Origin: Perna viridis
Lineage: Eukaryota
Direction of reading: 5' to 3'
DNA length: 64,000 nucleotides
Assembly (NCBI GenBank): GCA_037379345.1
Contig: CM074514.1
Span: forward strand, 52,390,001-52,454,000
Of this stretch, positions 36,302 to 50,000 are shown one piece after another (position 1 is the stretch's first letter; each line of letters starts with the position of its first letter). Made by a program: the position numbers and the translations under genes. The notes under the pieces are model-generated. The model saw nothing but the letters and a program-made list of their open reading frames with translations. It did no database searches and was not told where the DNA came from.

Positions 36302-36832
36302 TTGTGGGCGCTGTCCGGTTATGACCTTATTAAGCTCGTATATAAACAGTATAAGTAGTGTAGGTACATGTGCTGCAGCATTTTAGAGTCAGGATAGTGA
36401 AAACTAATCATGTCGATGTAAGTAATTATAACATTAGTCTTTTTAAGCCCAATCTGAACATCGATAACAAGGGCGGAGAAGTTTTAATTAAATTCTGTTT
36501 AAAAAATTACAATTACATCTGATATGTTTGTCTATTACAAAAACTTCTCCCTGTTAAAGACAAATGGGCGAAGTGAGCACAAAAAAGGAGAAAGTTTTGC
36601 TCATTTCTCCCTCTAGGCTCTGGTGTTTATTTGTTACATAATTCAGATTCCCTGTCTTGTCTTTGTCCCTGGATTACATTGTTTCGATTTCAGCTAGAAT
36701 CTTGGTTGCCCCGATTACACTTTTTTAGTTTTAGTATTTTCATCAACAAGCTTTATTAAATGCTGACGTCATGCCCCGAATGTACATGATAATACTTATT
36801 AGGATCTGACTTTTTTTAAGTACATACTAAAA

Positions 36833-36962
36833 NNNNNNNNNNNNNNNNNNNNNNNNNNNNNNNNNNNNNNNNNNNNNNNNNNNNNNNNNNNNNNNNNNNN
36901 NNNNNNNNNNNNNNNNNNNNNNNNNNNNNNNNNNNNNNNNNNNNNNNNNNNNNNNNNNNNNN
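36833..36962. other. Assembly gap (130 N)
   Basis: Run of N. Confidence 1.
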
Positions 36963-37984
36963 TGCTGTTTGTTGTAAAAATATCCATAATAAATTCTTTT
37001 AATTGTGGTCTTCAGTGGTTCTTGGGGATACTCGCCTTTTATCTCTATCTCGGGCTACTTAATGTCAAAATAAATTGAAATGATATTTTAGGATTTAGAT
37101 ATTTCTATTTTTAGGGGGTAGGCAACCAACATAGTTTATGCTTGTTGCCTATAGATACAGCTTTCCTTTGTTGACGGTGTTCGTTCGAACTTGGATTGTG
37201 CATTGGAGACTAAAGAGGCCAATTTTCATACCCCCAAAAATCACCATTTAAGCTCACCTGGCAATAGGCCGTCGCCGGCTTCTGTAAACGTACTTCAAAC
37301 ATCTTCTCTGATACTACTTGACAAATTTTAACGAAAGTTATCATGAATGTTGGAGTATCCTGCACTGCTTATACTTTTAAGACAAAAAAAATCGATTGTT
37401 GAAATTAACCATATTGTAAGGCCTAAAAATCACTTAGAGTTCAAGGTTTATTACGATTCCTGTTATTGCCGTTGAAAGTTTATAAAAGGACAATTGTTCC
37501 AGGTGAGTGAATCAGGCTTACTAGAGCCTCCAGTTATGCGACCGCTGTCCGTTAAGTACCCTTCGTCTCTTGAGTCAAGCTCAGCTCAACAAAGTCCATA
37601 TGATTGTTTTATTGGTGGTTTTGATTTTGAATAGCTCTGATGCCGACACTATGTAAAATGTAGAAACTACCATTACTTTATTTATTATATTCTCTTTCAG
37701 GTAAATGGTAACGCAGCAACACTCGTGTAACCCTATACGTCTTTCATGGTTTAAGCATTTCAATGCTGTAGCTGTTTTCATCAAAAAGAAACAATGATAT
37801 TGTGGAGGTGTAAAAGATACTTGGTCACTTTGGGTCTTAAAATTAGCACGTATTTAAAACTCTTAAAATATACGGTTTTAAAACAATTACCAGCGAAACT
37901 AAAAATGTTAATCATATTTTTCACTAAAGTTTTAAATCTTCCTTGTAACAGCTGAGGTATATTTATCGGTCTTCTTTTCTTATC

Positions 37985-39556
37985 ATGGAGTTATGTCCCC
38001 TTCTGCCGGATTTATTGATTGAGATATTTTCTTACTTGCCTCAAACCGATAAACAAAAACTTTACAAAGTAAGTAGTCACCCTTCGTGGAGGGAAGACAT
38101 ATGGTTAGCACCAAAGTTGTGGAGATATGTTTCGTTTACCTATTATGACAATTCATCTGATTATCAGGAAAAAAAGGCTGATTTTCCAGAGTTCTTATCA
38201 CTGATACCTCACACTCATAGTCATATACAGGAATTAAATTTGGATGAATATCAATTCAAAGATATAATTGAAACAAATCCCGAATTAGAGTTTGAAAGGT
38301 TGAAGAGCTTCAAAATTCACATCAATGGAAAATCAATGAACGCTAGGATTTTGTGCAAAAATATAATTAGAGCCTTTCCTATGTTAGATGATATTCATTT
38401 ACTAATACTTGATTTCGTCGGAGCAGACGCAAGTTTTTTTCGCTGTTTGTCGGCTTTACGGTTGAAAAAGCTTACACTATTCAACTGTAGACACTATCGA
38501 AGAGAAGTGAAGTACTTTGACGAGAGCGTCAGGCATATTTTAACATCTCAGCCAGATTTGACAGAGCTTTCACTTTTTACGTATGACAAAATGGAATCAC
38601 TTACGCTACACTACGTTTTCAAATATTGTAGAATGTTGAAGATGTTTTCATTTTCTGCTCCTGCGGGTCTTTCAAATGACGTGTTTGAGCCAGCTTTTAC
38701 TCCACTTTTACTTGAAAAAGTCAAGCTGGCTTCTTGCAATGAAATAGACAACAATTTTTTGCTTAATCTTGGTAAACGATCACAGAATCTCACAAGTTTT
38801 ACTATCTACCAGTGTAATGAAGTGACGTCACAGGGCATTATGCATTTGACACAGTTTTGTCCCGAATTACATGAGATAGCTATAGAATATTATTATTCGG
38901 ATCCTTTGGGTAGCGAAGGATTGTGTTATATATGGAAGAGCTGTCGAGAACTACGGAAATTCAAATACCGACAAGCCGTTGATATCACAGACTCTGATAT
39001 GGTTTCATTTGCTCAGGCCTGTGTCCAACTCAGAGAGCTCACTTTGTACGATTGTCCTCTAATGTCTGATATAGCTTTGGTCGAAATTGCGAGGTGCTGC
39101 AAATTATTAACAGTTGTTGAGCTATGGCATTCAAAAGCGATCACATTGTTTGGAGTTTTGACCATGATTCTAGAAGCGAAACAACTAAAAAAGCTTATTT
39201 TAGATGGATCTGCTCGAGTGCTTGACATACCAGAGTTAGGAACGGAGCCGGAAGTGGGAGATACCTCGTGGGAATCAAGTGTAATCCGCTCAGCAAGGAA
39301 AAGAATGCAAGAAAACGTGGGAAAAATAAACATGCAACATTCTTCTCCCCTTACTCGTTTATATATTGAAAGTGAGAAGTGCAATGCAAAGTTTGATACA
39401 GTGCTATCGATTGCTAAATTGTGTCCCAATATCCGAAAATTGTCCATACCTCGGTTTTTCTTTGGAGGTTTAAGCAAAGCTTGTTATAAACAGCTGAAAT
39501 CATTGTGTAAAGTCCTAGAATCAGTATCATTAGAAATGCAATACATTGAGGTTTGA
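37985..39556 (+). CDS. F-box/leucine-rich-repeat protein (FBXL-like), intronless CDS, 523 aa
   Basis: N-terminal F-box LLPDLLIEIFSYL..KVS..W....LW and Cys-containing LRRs (LTSFTIYQCNEVTSQGI, LRELTLYDCPLMSDIALVEIARCC). An acceptor TAACAG about 35 nt upstream suggests a 5' UTR intron. Confidence 0.9.
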   Translation: MELCPLLPDLLIEIFSYLPQTDKQKLYKVSSHPSWREDIWLAPKLWRYVSFTYYDNSSDYQEKKADFPEFLSLIPHTHSHIQELNLDEYQFKDIIETNPELEFERLKSFKIHINGKSMNARILCKNIIRAFPMLDDIHLLILDFVGADASFFRCLSALRLKKLTLFNCRHYRREVKYFDESVRHILTSQPDLTELSLFTYDKMESLTLHYVFKYCRMLKMFSFSAPAGLSNDVFEPAFTPLLLEKVKLASCNEIDNNFLLNLGKRSQNLTSFTIYQCNEVTSQGIMHLTQFCPELHEIAIEYYYSDPLGSEGLCYIWKSCRELRKFKYRQAVDITDSDMVSFAQACVQLRELTLYDCPLMSDIALVEIARCCKLLTVVELWHSKAITLFGVLTMILEAKQLKKLILDGSARVLDIPELGTEPEVGDTSWESSVIRSARKRMQENVGKINMQHSSPLTRLYIESEKCNAKFDTVLSIAKLCPNIRKLSIPRFFFGGLSKACYKQLKSLCKVLESVSLEMQYIEV

Positions 39557-39924
39557 GCCAATCTCCTGTGCAGAGGTGTATTTAAAGCTTTTATTTCCTC
39601 TACATTTCTTACTTCTAAATTCTTTTTTTCATTACGTAAATGAGTCACTTCACAGGAAAGAGCTTCACGGATTTATTGATGAATAGTGCGTATGCCTTAA
39701 CTTGCAACATTTTTATCCCTGAAAGCAGGTTGATATTTTAAGTTAAGGAAAGGATGCATTGTAAATCTGGTACCGGTTGTTACGTTTTCGGAGGAGATTT
39801 AGTTTGCGCTTGTTACAACATATGCTTGATATGGTAAAACTACTAGCAGTTTTTTTTTCTCCTACACTTCGTTTTAATTTATTTTGGTATTCTGTTTTGT
39901 ATTTCACATTGTGCATTCCTTGCA

Positions 39925-41813
39925 TACGTTCTACACGCCGTTTTGAGTCCAGGATCTTGAACAAGGTCAAAGTACACGTAGTCAAGACAAGATTAAAACG
40001 CCCTCTGGAGACCTGCTACTGGTAGTTTCATTGGGCTATAGTATTTCTATTCCAGAGCGTGAAGATTATTCAAAGGGTTTTTATTCTTCTTGAATCTCAT
40101 CATTTAAAGTTGGTGGAACTGGTGGACTTAGTGATTAAACAATAGAAAATTTGTTCCATTGAAAAATTATGTTTAATAAAATAAATGAAAACATCTATAA
40201 TTGAGATTAAGAACAAGCTTGCAATATGTCTGTTTCAGATATTGAGCCTGTAAATATATGTTAATTTTTTATAATTTTTCTTTCCTTTTTGTGAAGTGTG
40301 GTGCATTTGGATTACTTGATTTCCAAACTGAAGTGTAATTTCAATCTACATTTTCATTCTAATGGCAAGCGGCAAGATTTGAACGGAAATTATATTGGTC
40401 ATTTCCAAAACAAATTCTTTTGTCATGAATATGTTCATAACATTGTTAAAGCTTTATACACGAAATCTGTCTTTAGCCAAAACGTATTCTTCGGGATGCT
40501 GATATATGGTGGAACTGCGAATTACAGAATCTAACATCTTTTTTGCTTTAGGATTTGTAATCACAATCCTGGAAGGCTCATAGTTATTGTCTGTCTGACA
40601 GCGAGATGAATCGTGGCAACTTGAGTGATTATTGGAGTAGTGTTCTGTTATGTTCTTCAAATAACGTTTGAGGATCTGGGGATCAGTCGTCCTTTTCACA
40701 AAAAATCGTAAGTGTAATATTAGTCGTAAGTTGTGACGTCATAGTAAATAAAAGTATTGTGACGTCATAACTTATGACTAATTTTACTCTTACGATTTTT
40801 TTGTGAAAAGGACCACAGACTTGCAATGGCGAACAGCCCAGTTAATGTGGGTTGCTATTCCTTCAGAACAGTTTGTTCCATTTGAAATTTTATCAACTGC
40901 CTTTTTTACAGTGTTGACAGCATGCCATAAGTCATTTTGATTTATTGTAAAATTTGTATTCCTCACAAATTTATTTATTGATAAATTTCTATCGTGAATG
41001 AGTTCTGATGGACACATCCTTTTCATCTAAATGGTCATAAATCATCTCAGTCCCTATACGTTCATGTCGTTGAGTAACTTTGTCATAAGTTTTAGTTATA
41101 TGAATGCAGTCCATTACTTCATGGTTTTTTTTTCACCGAGAGCCACGACAGAAGTATCCTTTGCATTTTTTGCGCCAGCCATGTCGATCATCACTCATAA
41201 CGTTTCATAATGCATGGTCTTTATATTGTTTAAAAAATTGGCTCGTCTTTGTTTAGTAATACATCCTATTCCAGCTGCATTAACAAAGCGGGTGTAATGG
41301 TCAGGAAGAAGGCCACTGCTGAATAATCCATGACAAATACGGTGGCTCACTAAATACTCATCATTTGACAGATATGGAGATGAAGATCATAGATGGAGTT
41401 TGACTTTTCAATTGTTGAACAAGATTGTAACTACATGTCCTTTGATTGTTCTTTTGATTATTTTCAATTTTCCTCTACACACACTGATATGGGCTTCAAA
41501 TATTTCTGCATATGTGACTAAGGATTGTTCTGCTGTAACAAATAATTTCTGATTAACACCTTTTCGCATCACTTGAACATGCATAGAAGGAAAACTTTGT
41601 TTTTCATGTACAGAATGTTTCCCATCATGCTGTTTTATCCAAAAAATTAGGACTAGTAATAATATTAGCATTATTTACTGGCTTATTCAGAATGGCTGTC
41701 AATTCACCTTTGACTTTTCGCAGTTTTTCTTGAATTTGATTTTTCACTTCATCATTTCCATGAATTTCTATCCTAAAATTTGGAGGACGTTTCCTCTTTT
41801 CAGAAACCATCAT
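39925..41813 (-). mobile_element. Fragmented Kolobok-type DDE transposase pseudogene
   Basis: Frameshifted motifs RHGWRKNAKDTSVVALGE, TQRHE, HDRNLSINKFV, NQNDLWHA, EHY.N.HS.CH..SRC, SFNN.MN.F.DKRI, LAV..NE(N). The superfamily call rests on motif recall. Confidence 0.7.
40687..40815. mobile_element. Fold-back MITE (PIF/Harbinger-like, CAG TSD) inserted in the transposase
   Basis: Almost wholly palindromic (GTCCTTTTCACAAAAAATCGTAAG arms); CAG duplicated at 40684 and 40816; removal restores CKSDPQILKRYL. Confidence 0.85.
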
Positions 41814-41918
41814 AGAAATGATAGAAGAAAGATAATACATGGACCTAAATTGGGTGACATACGGGTATGACAGTATGACGTACATGTAATTAAAGGAGAA
41901 TGGATATTAAACCATGTA

Positions 41919-42167
41919 CACAGCCAAATGTGCCACATATGATAATCATATGATATTTAACATATGATAGTCATATGATTTTCATATGGTAATTTTGGCT
42001 TAAAAACATATGACAATCATATGTTTGTGAAAGACACGATTATCATATGATAATCATGCGATAATCATATGTATACCGAAATATATGATTATCATATGGT
42101 GCTCGATTTATATGATAATCATATGATGCAAACCATATGATTCTCATGTGTAGCACATTTGCCTGTG
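41919..42167. mobile_element. MITE with CACAG termini, TA TSD and internal ATCATATGAT repeats (EnSpm/CACTA-like)
   Basis: TIR CACAGCCAAATGTGC / GCACATTTGCCTGTG, TA on both flanks, many palindromic CATATG subrepeats. Confidence 0.8.
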
Positions 42168-43562
42168 TATATGATGCCCATTTTGTATTTTTTTTTTTTT
42201 TTTTGGCATCTTTTTCAACTAAAATTATTAATTATAATTATCTAATTATTCCATAGATACTTATAATTAATCCCACTTTAGCCCCACACTATGTAAACAG
42301 TCTTGCAATGACCTGCAGTATAACAAAATTTTTATCTGTATACACATATGACCCACAATGCTGTAATATAATATATCAAGTAAGTGTTGATAATGAAAGC
42401 ATCACAGAATAAGAGTTACATTTGAATTTAATTCATTAGCAAGATAAAATAGCATTTACAGGATTCACAAAAGATAAGAATATGCGTTATGGTCTATAGT
42501 ACGCTTCAATATACCGTTTTCTAAGCACTAACAATATGTTCAGATATTTTTACACTGAATTTTTAAGAAATCCTTGTCTGAACATTATATTATAATAAAA
42601 TTCGTTTTAAGACATCGTTTTGTTACCGAGTTCGTTATATATAAACCAGACTGGTGTGTATTAATTTTTATTGTACGCCAGCTTGAGTATAGGATATGCT
42701 TCTACCTTAAAATAAGAAACCGTTCAATATTTATCAAATATTAGGCTGGTATTATTCTTTAACCTCTTTATAATGTCTACCCAGCAGATCCATCAGCAGA
42801 AAAAAAACTACAAGCTCAGTTGACTGTCGAAGCAGAAAAAAATGCCTAGCACGATAGTTTACACTTGTACGACTTTTAAAGACCATTCAGTCATTATCAA
42901 GATGACATAAACAGACCTGTTTCATGATAATTAGTAATTTACAAGGTTGTGTGTGTGTTTTTTGTCACATGTACATTTGCTCCTTTTATAATTTCAATTA
43001 ATTATAATTTTACATACCACCGCTTATTGTATTTTATTATTACTTGTTGTCAACTTTGTTTTGTTCTATGTGAAATGTCAGTATGCATAATGATTGACAG
43101 AAGTTTTTAGTTTATTTGATGTTATTCTACAGTTAAAGTTCTTTGTTGCTGTTTTTACATGTTTCATTGAAAAGATTCATGTACCATCAATTTTAATTTT
43201 TAAAATTGTTGAAACAGTTTTTGTACCAGACAGGTATACCTACCTAAAATATATTGAAAAACTGCAGTACATGCTAGTTTGATAAGTTACCATACCTTCT
43301 TTAATTGCATAATACCTTTTCCTATATTTTTTGTTGATTTTTGTGTTTTTCTTTTTAAACTATTTGACGTGAAAAAAAGTTCCTGCCTTGCACAATTATA
43401 AAAAAAATCTGTATGCCCAGTTGTAACAGGACGCTTTAAAATCTATGTGCCTTGAATACATTTGCACTAGCCCAGCAATCTGATAAATATATTGAACGGT
43501 TCCTAAATAAACCATTTGGACATGTTATGGAATAAGTCAGAATAGGTGTAACCAAATGATTT

Positions 43563-44082
43563 ACATCCCTTCAGCACCTGCGTATGGAGTTTTCATATCA
43601 CACCTCGTATGTTATGCAAGAGCTTGCGGTAACTACACAGACTTTTTGTATCGCGCTAGACTTCTTTCAAATAGGCTTCTGGAACAAGGTTTTGTTGCTA
43701 CAAGATTAAAGTCATCACTATAGAAGTTTAATGGTCATCATCATGAACTCGTGGGTCGTTACGGTGTATCAATCTGCACCATGAAAACTGATTTGTTCAT
43801 CGTGTCCGTATTCTTTTACTCGTTCGTCTACCCCGGACTTGATTTTTATAAGCAACTCTGCGGGTATTTCTAGAAAAGCAGAGGACGCTTACCCTACCGG
43901 TACACTTTGTCCATGCTTCCAGTTTTTAGTGGAGTCCGAGTTTCTCATTTGCTTTTGTTATTTTGTATGTATTATTTTGGTTATTGTATGTCCTTTGTTG
44001 TGCTTGTCTGTTTTCCATGTCTGGTTTTGTCATTGGAGTACATTTTTTTCCAGCTGGAATCTTGGTTCCCTGATTACTCTTA
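43563..44082 (+). mobile_element. Naiad-like Penelope 3' fragment (longest copy)
   Basis: IPSAPAYGVFISHLVCYARACGNYTDFLYRARLLSNRLLEQGFVATRLKSSL*KF.G.HHELVGRYGVSICTMKTDLF followed by the terminal element. Confidence 0.78.
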
Positions 44083-45003
44083 CAAGAAACTTAAATAAAA
44101 CAATCAAAAGAATGAAAGAATGAGAAGCTGAGATTAAGTTGATAATACGCAGGGAATGTTGTTTTTTTAATATGCAGACTGTAGTATAAAAATCCGTCTA
44201 TAAAAAGACCAGGGTTTGATAATACATCCAGACTGTTCAAAATATAGCATACTGAATACACAGTAAGGGATGTTAATACAGACTCCGGGCGTTATTTTAC
44301 ATGCCGACTGGAGTATGAACGTGTTAGGGCAACTTCATATGTCCAGATTGGGTTATAAAAGAGTATTTAGCATACAAAGGGAGTGACTTTTTATGCCGAC
44401 TGGGGTATATAGAAGTGCATCGAACATACAGTGTTTTTTTTCCTGCCCACCCACCCTCCCCGCTACTTTTTTTGTCGGTCCAATCATGGAGAGTCCCTTA
44501 AATATTTTTATTGCTTTTTACAACAGGTGCAAAATAAAGAATCTGCGTGAGCTACGCACTTTTAGAATAGTAAAACTAAACACTTGCCTAATCATCGATA
44601 TAGTACGCTAATAACCATCGATTCAACACCCCAATCGACATGGTTTCTGACTCTTCCAACTTTGCTCGTTAGACTAAAGTGGAAATTGCCGAGTATTTCA
44701 AATTGGCATGGCCTAAATACTTCACTTGAAGGTGTCCGATGGACTAAAGTGTTTAACAAACCAAAATTGCGTTTTTTTAAATCTAGGACCTCTCTTAGTA
44801 GTACATATGAAATATTAAATGAAGTTAACAACATCGGGCTTGGTTTTCATAAACAAATCTCAAGTTGAGAATTTCCTCAAGTCTTGTGATTTCATCAGAT
44901 CTTTAATTTCCAGTGATCTGAGTGGTCCAAATTGGAGTTGAAGAAGGGTTTGAGGAAAATCTCAATTTGAAATGTTTTATGAAACTCAAACATTTGTTAA
45001 TAG

Positions 45004-45408
45004 TCCCTTCTTGCGGAGCTCGAAATACAGCCAGATTTTATCCCGTTTTTGCAGAGTTACCTCCCGTAAGAGCAGGTATAATTTCGAAATCTCTAATCGA
45101 TGTTCGGATTCGGGTGCAGAAAAAAAAGATAACTCGAATGAAAATGGAATCCCCAGCAGACAAACACAACGGTGTTTCTAAAATTTACAGGGTGTTTCAT
45201 TTTGTTGGTAGAATACATAAGGATGATTTTCATTTGTATCCCGGGTAAAGAAAATTTATAGCAGGGTCAGTAGAACGAGATATTCCCTTTTGACTTTCGA
45301 GATTTTCTAAATTATCGTCGATATCGGATGGAGAACTTACGTGTTCCGAATAGATACCTGCTCCAAAGGGAGATAAATGTTGACAAAATGTTGGTCCGTA
45401 AGTCATGA
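45004..45408 (-). mobile_element. MITE copy (same family as 28141-30730)
   Basis: Reverse complement matches 57945-58354 over its length. Confidence 0.85.
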
Positions 45409-45949
45409 ATATCTACTCAACTTTCTTCAAAGAGTAAACTTAGATATCCCGGTCTTAGAATTGTTTTAAACACTTCCTATTGGCATGAAGAGGGGTACCG
45501 CGTGGTACTACCTCTTTCATGTAATAGAAAAATGTTGACAAAGGTATTGTAAATAGTGCATTGGTGAATAACACTAAAACTTTCAAACTAATATTATTAA
45601 AAACAATGTCAAAGAATGTATTGAACAACTAAAAAATATGAAAGTTATGACCCGCTTTTATACCCCCTTTCACGTGCAAGTAAGTAAATTTTATTGGAAT
45701 AAAGACCAAACATTGATCTATCATCAATTATCAAAGAAACATACATACATACATAAACAAGTACAGGTACAATCGATATCAATGCAAAAAAAATATGTCT
45801 TGCAATATCAATGTAATATAAAATATGTGTTGTAATATCCCAGCTGAGGAACTGAGTTATATATCGTGGACCATTTTAGCACTACTATGATAAACTGTAA
45901 ACACAAAATCATGCAACATAATTACGATGGTTAAATGTTTTGTTTATAT

Positions 45950-47095
45950 TCTTGATTGACAGTATACCTTCTGTTTACACCAGAGATTATAGCTTTAGAA
46001 ACATCTAAATCCTGACTAGTCAATAAAAAAATAAATTGATCTTCTTCAGACAATAAAGATATCTAAAATATTTTCAAGGAGTTCATCCCGTTCCTTTGTT
46101 GATTTTACACATTTCATTATAAAATGAAATTCATCTTCAATAACTTCATGACATAAATGACATATCCTTTTTTTCAACGGGTAAATTTACATGGCGACCC
46201 TTTTCAATGTTAAGATTACAATTACTTATAGGAATGCGGGTATAGTTAGATAAATTCTGCTTGTCAACATCTGTGTATAAATATTACTCCATCTTAAAGT
46301 CGCTTTTAAATTTACGATAAGTCCTTAACATGTTCCCTCCCACAGCTCTATCATCATTAAACAAAAGTGAATGCCAAAATTTGCAATATCTGTCTTGTAA
46401 CTTGTCTTGAATAGCAATTAAAGCTCTCTTGTTAGGAAAAGGTCCCTGATTTTCCCATATATGACCAAATCCAATTTTATACAATATACATTTAATTTTA
46501 TTAAGAAGACTACCCTTCATTGACACATTAACCTTATGTGCCTTAGAAATCAAATTGTTATGATTTTCCTTCAAAACATGTAGCCAATATTCAATACTAA
46601 ATTTAATTGTTATAATAGACAAGGGGAGTAATCCAAGATCACCAAGGACTGCCAAATTGGAGGCAGATTTATGAACACCAAGAACATACTTTTCAGATGA
46701 ATTCTGTTGGGAACAATTTTATCAAAATTACACTCAAACTCATCCATATTATTTCCCTTCAATAATTGAGGCAATGCCCAAATTTCGCTATGATATAACA
46801 ATATTGGTTTCACACAAGTGTCAAACAATTTCAAATGCAAATTAATATTATTTTTGTCAGAATAAAGAGTCTTACGAATACAAAAAATTGCCATTCCTGC
46901 TTTTTTTAAAAAAAAATAATAGCTTCATTAAAAGAACCAGAGGGCTTAAGTATTATACCAAGGTATTTGTATTGATTCACATGACTTAAAACTTAGTTAT
47001 CATAAAATAAAGGAACATTTTGAAGAATTCTACCAGATTTGTTAAAATCATTATCTTAGTTTTATTTATATTTACCTCCAGATTCCATCTATCAC
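45950..47095 (-). mobile_element. 5'-truncated RTE-X-like non-LTR retrotransposon relic
   Basis: WNLEVNINKTKIMIFNK, YKYLG, LFDTCVKPILLY.SEIW, AVLGDLG, RTYRKFK, RIP.SNCNLNIEKGR..RIC..C..IEDEFHF..KC, broken by frameshifts. Confidence 0.8.
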
Positions 47096-50000
47096 AGTGG
47101 GAGTCTTTGATATCTGTTGTAGATACAGATTTATATGCAGTCACCGGTGTTTACTAAATGCTCTCAGGGAAAACAATCTAACTGTGCCGTACGAAGTTTC
47201 ATACTATTGTGTAAGACATATAGCCGAGTGGATCTACTCCTTTTGGGGTTGTATTAGGTAACAAAAATGTCTTGAAATACCTGAAGTGTTTGGCATGCCT
47301 CATACCACATTTGACAGTTTAGTGAGCCGTTCTCTCACATTGGACAATCACCAAAATTTTTAAAAAAATGAAGAAATTTTAAGAATGGGCATTATTAATT
47401 AGCATCTAACTTCTTGAAGCATTAAAAGTTTTGCTAATTAATAATGAAGAGTGAAAAGATATATGGTTTTCATTTGCGTTCATTATTCTCATTGTTGCCT
47501 TACTTTTCTGTCTCTAATAAAATACGCCCCTCAGGCCTCTAATGGACCCTGTCGTCTTACACGACATGCTTTATTCTGCCTACTGAGGTTTCCAGTGGCC
47601 CTCGCCCCTTTTTTCTTGCGTTGGATTAGCTTCCGATTAAGATACCCGTAGCTGTATGTTTGTCTAACTAAAAGAGGAACAATTTAAAAAAAATTAGAGA
47701 GCACGCTCACAATACCCAACGCGCAAACATTAATACACTTTAGTATATTCAATCCTTTACATGTATGTACCAAAATAAAATATTGAAAATTGACCGATGT
47801 ATGTGACAACGTCTAAGATCTTATTGTTACTAATCATTCACTGAAGTTTGAAGTAAATCGGAAAAAAACGGAGGCGTTACCTAGGCAACAAGACGTAGGG
47901 GCGAACCAACCACCATCTTAGGTTTACAAAAATAGATAAACATAAGTTTCTTTCATATTTTTAAGAAAGAATTGTCGGTCGTTTAATATGGAACCCCCCC
48001 CCCCCATTTTTTTTTTAAATTATGTTTTTTTCCTAATTTCTTAGAACTTCTAGAAGGTAAATTTAAAAATGAATAAAGCTAAGATTTAAATTGATTAAAA
48101 AACAATTTTGATATAGTTTTGAAATATGGTTTATTTTTAAACGACGTTTTTATTTATGTTACATTATTTTTGAAATACCCATTTTTTGCTGTTTTTGCAG
48201 TTTTAAAAATATTGTGACCAATTCCCATTTTTACGACCAAGCAATTCTGAAAGTACGATTAAAGACCTTTCCAAAGATATATAACACAGCCGTGTGTTAG
48301 GTAGGTGCATTAAAAACCTCGAAATCCCTTGTTCGGTACTCGCCTATAATGTACTATCCTTACTTTATCGTGCATATCTAAGTGTATACTTATTAGTACC
48401 AATTATTTCTCTGATCACAGTATTTAAGTCCGCTATTGCTATTCCTATAACCTTGGTTCGCTTGATTACTCCTTTATTTGGCGAATTTGTACTATTCACA
48501 CTTTGTACTTTAAGGTCAAATCTGAAAGAAAAGATAGACTCAGGAGGAGTTTTGCCATGCTGTGGACATACTTGCTAACTTGATAATTTTTTAGATATTA
48601 ATAAATACAGATCTGAAGTTAAATTTATATTTATGATCCATTTTTGGGCCGGTCAAGTTACACTATAAACATGACACGTATTAGTGAACTGACCCTGTGA
48701 GAAGAATCAGGGTGTAATCATGGGGCCTGTTTTAAAGCAAATCAATTTAAAAAATCAGTCGTTTTAAAACTACAAGGGTAACTCTGATTAAAAAATAGGC
48801 TGATTTTATGTTTTATTTTTTAATTCTTCATGTCTCGTATATTTTGCCAAAAAGACAGCATTTGTTAATTTTTTTTAACGAACCCAAATACTGCCTGACG
48901 ATGATTTTTTTTTCTGAATTATCCATTAGAGTAACCATTATTAACAAGTTAATATGTTAATACATTTTTTGTATTCATACAATTGTCCATTGGTTAAAAA
49001 ACCTCTCTATTCTAAATAAGGAAAAAATATAAAAACAAAACACAAAACACACACTCACACACAATGAAAAGAGAAAGTCCTTACGATTATACACTGTTTT
49101 CATACACCACACAGCTTCTCAATAAAGATATCGTTGATTTTTTTTTCCATTTTGGTTCTGTTTAATGTCTAATATGATAAAACCGAAATACCGCTATCCT
49201 GGACTCGGTGGAGGATACAAAGGGTTGGATTCAGAGGTTAGATATTGCTTTAATTCAGAGGCTATATGATACTATTAGGAATATAAGTCCATGTTTTTTG
49301 GGGGGAACATTTTGCAAAATTAGTGTGAAATTACATGATCAAATTATTTTACAAATTTAAATAAAAAAAAAACTTCTGAATCGGAATTAACCCATGAAGA
49401 TTAAAGAATTATCTCAACCCCTGCTCCCCAATACATTCCATTCATTTGAGCATATAAACATCTAATTCTTACTTCAACAACCGAAAGATCAAAACACTAT
49501 GCAAAATAAATAAAAAATATTAAAAAAAATCAAATGAAAAATATGTTTTGTTGATATCCTGTGAAGACGAATTCATTTTTAAGAAAATTTGTCTATATTT
49601 GCTTTATGATAAGAGGTGATATATTTTATTGGGAGTCGCCTAGTAGTTGACAGCACATGATATATAAGAACTATTGCTGGATCATTGTCCTTTTACAATT
49701 AAAACATCTTATAACAAAATGTCATGTGTGATCTACTACGAGAATAGGTATGGTGAATACGTCAGCGACAACAAACCCACCTGGATGTAAATGTCAGCCA
49801 AAGCCATTCTGTTTGTTTTGATATTTGTTTTGTATTCTTCGCATTTATGGGCGTCAAATTGACAATAAAATATTATTCTATTTTATTCCAAGATAACATT
49901 TTTGAATATATGAAAATACTGACAGTCACAATTTAGAAATATTTGTCATATATCTATAGATGCATTGATTAAAATCCTAATTCATGTAAAGTAGCAAGAA

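Noticed and set aside
39013-39477. Antisense ORFs over coding regions (also 5379-5771, 7353-7664, 51738-52181)
   Set aside because: Shadow frames opposite real exons, with no recognisable features.
47876-47889. RFX X-box-like palindrome GTTACCTAGGCAAC
   Set aside because: Lies in repeat-like DNA with no adjacent gene start; a single motif is not enough.
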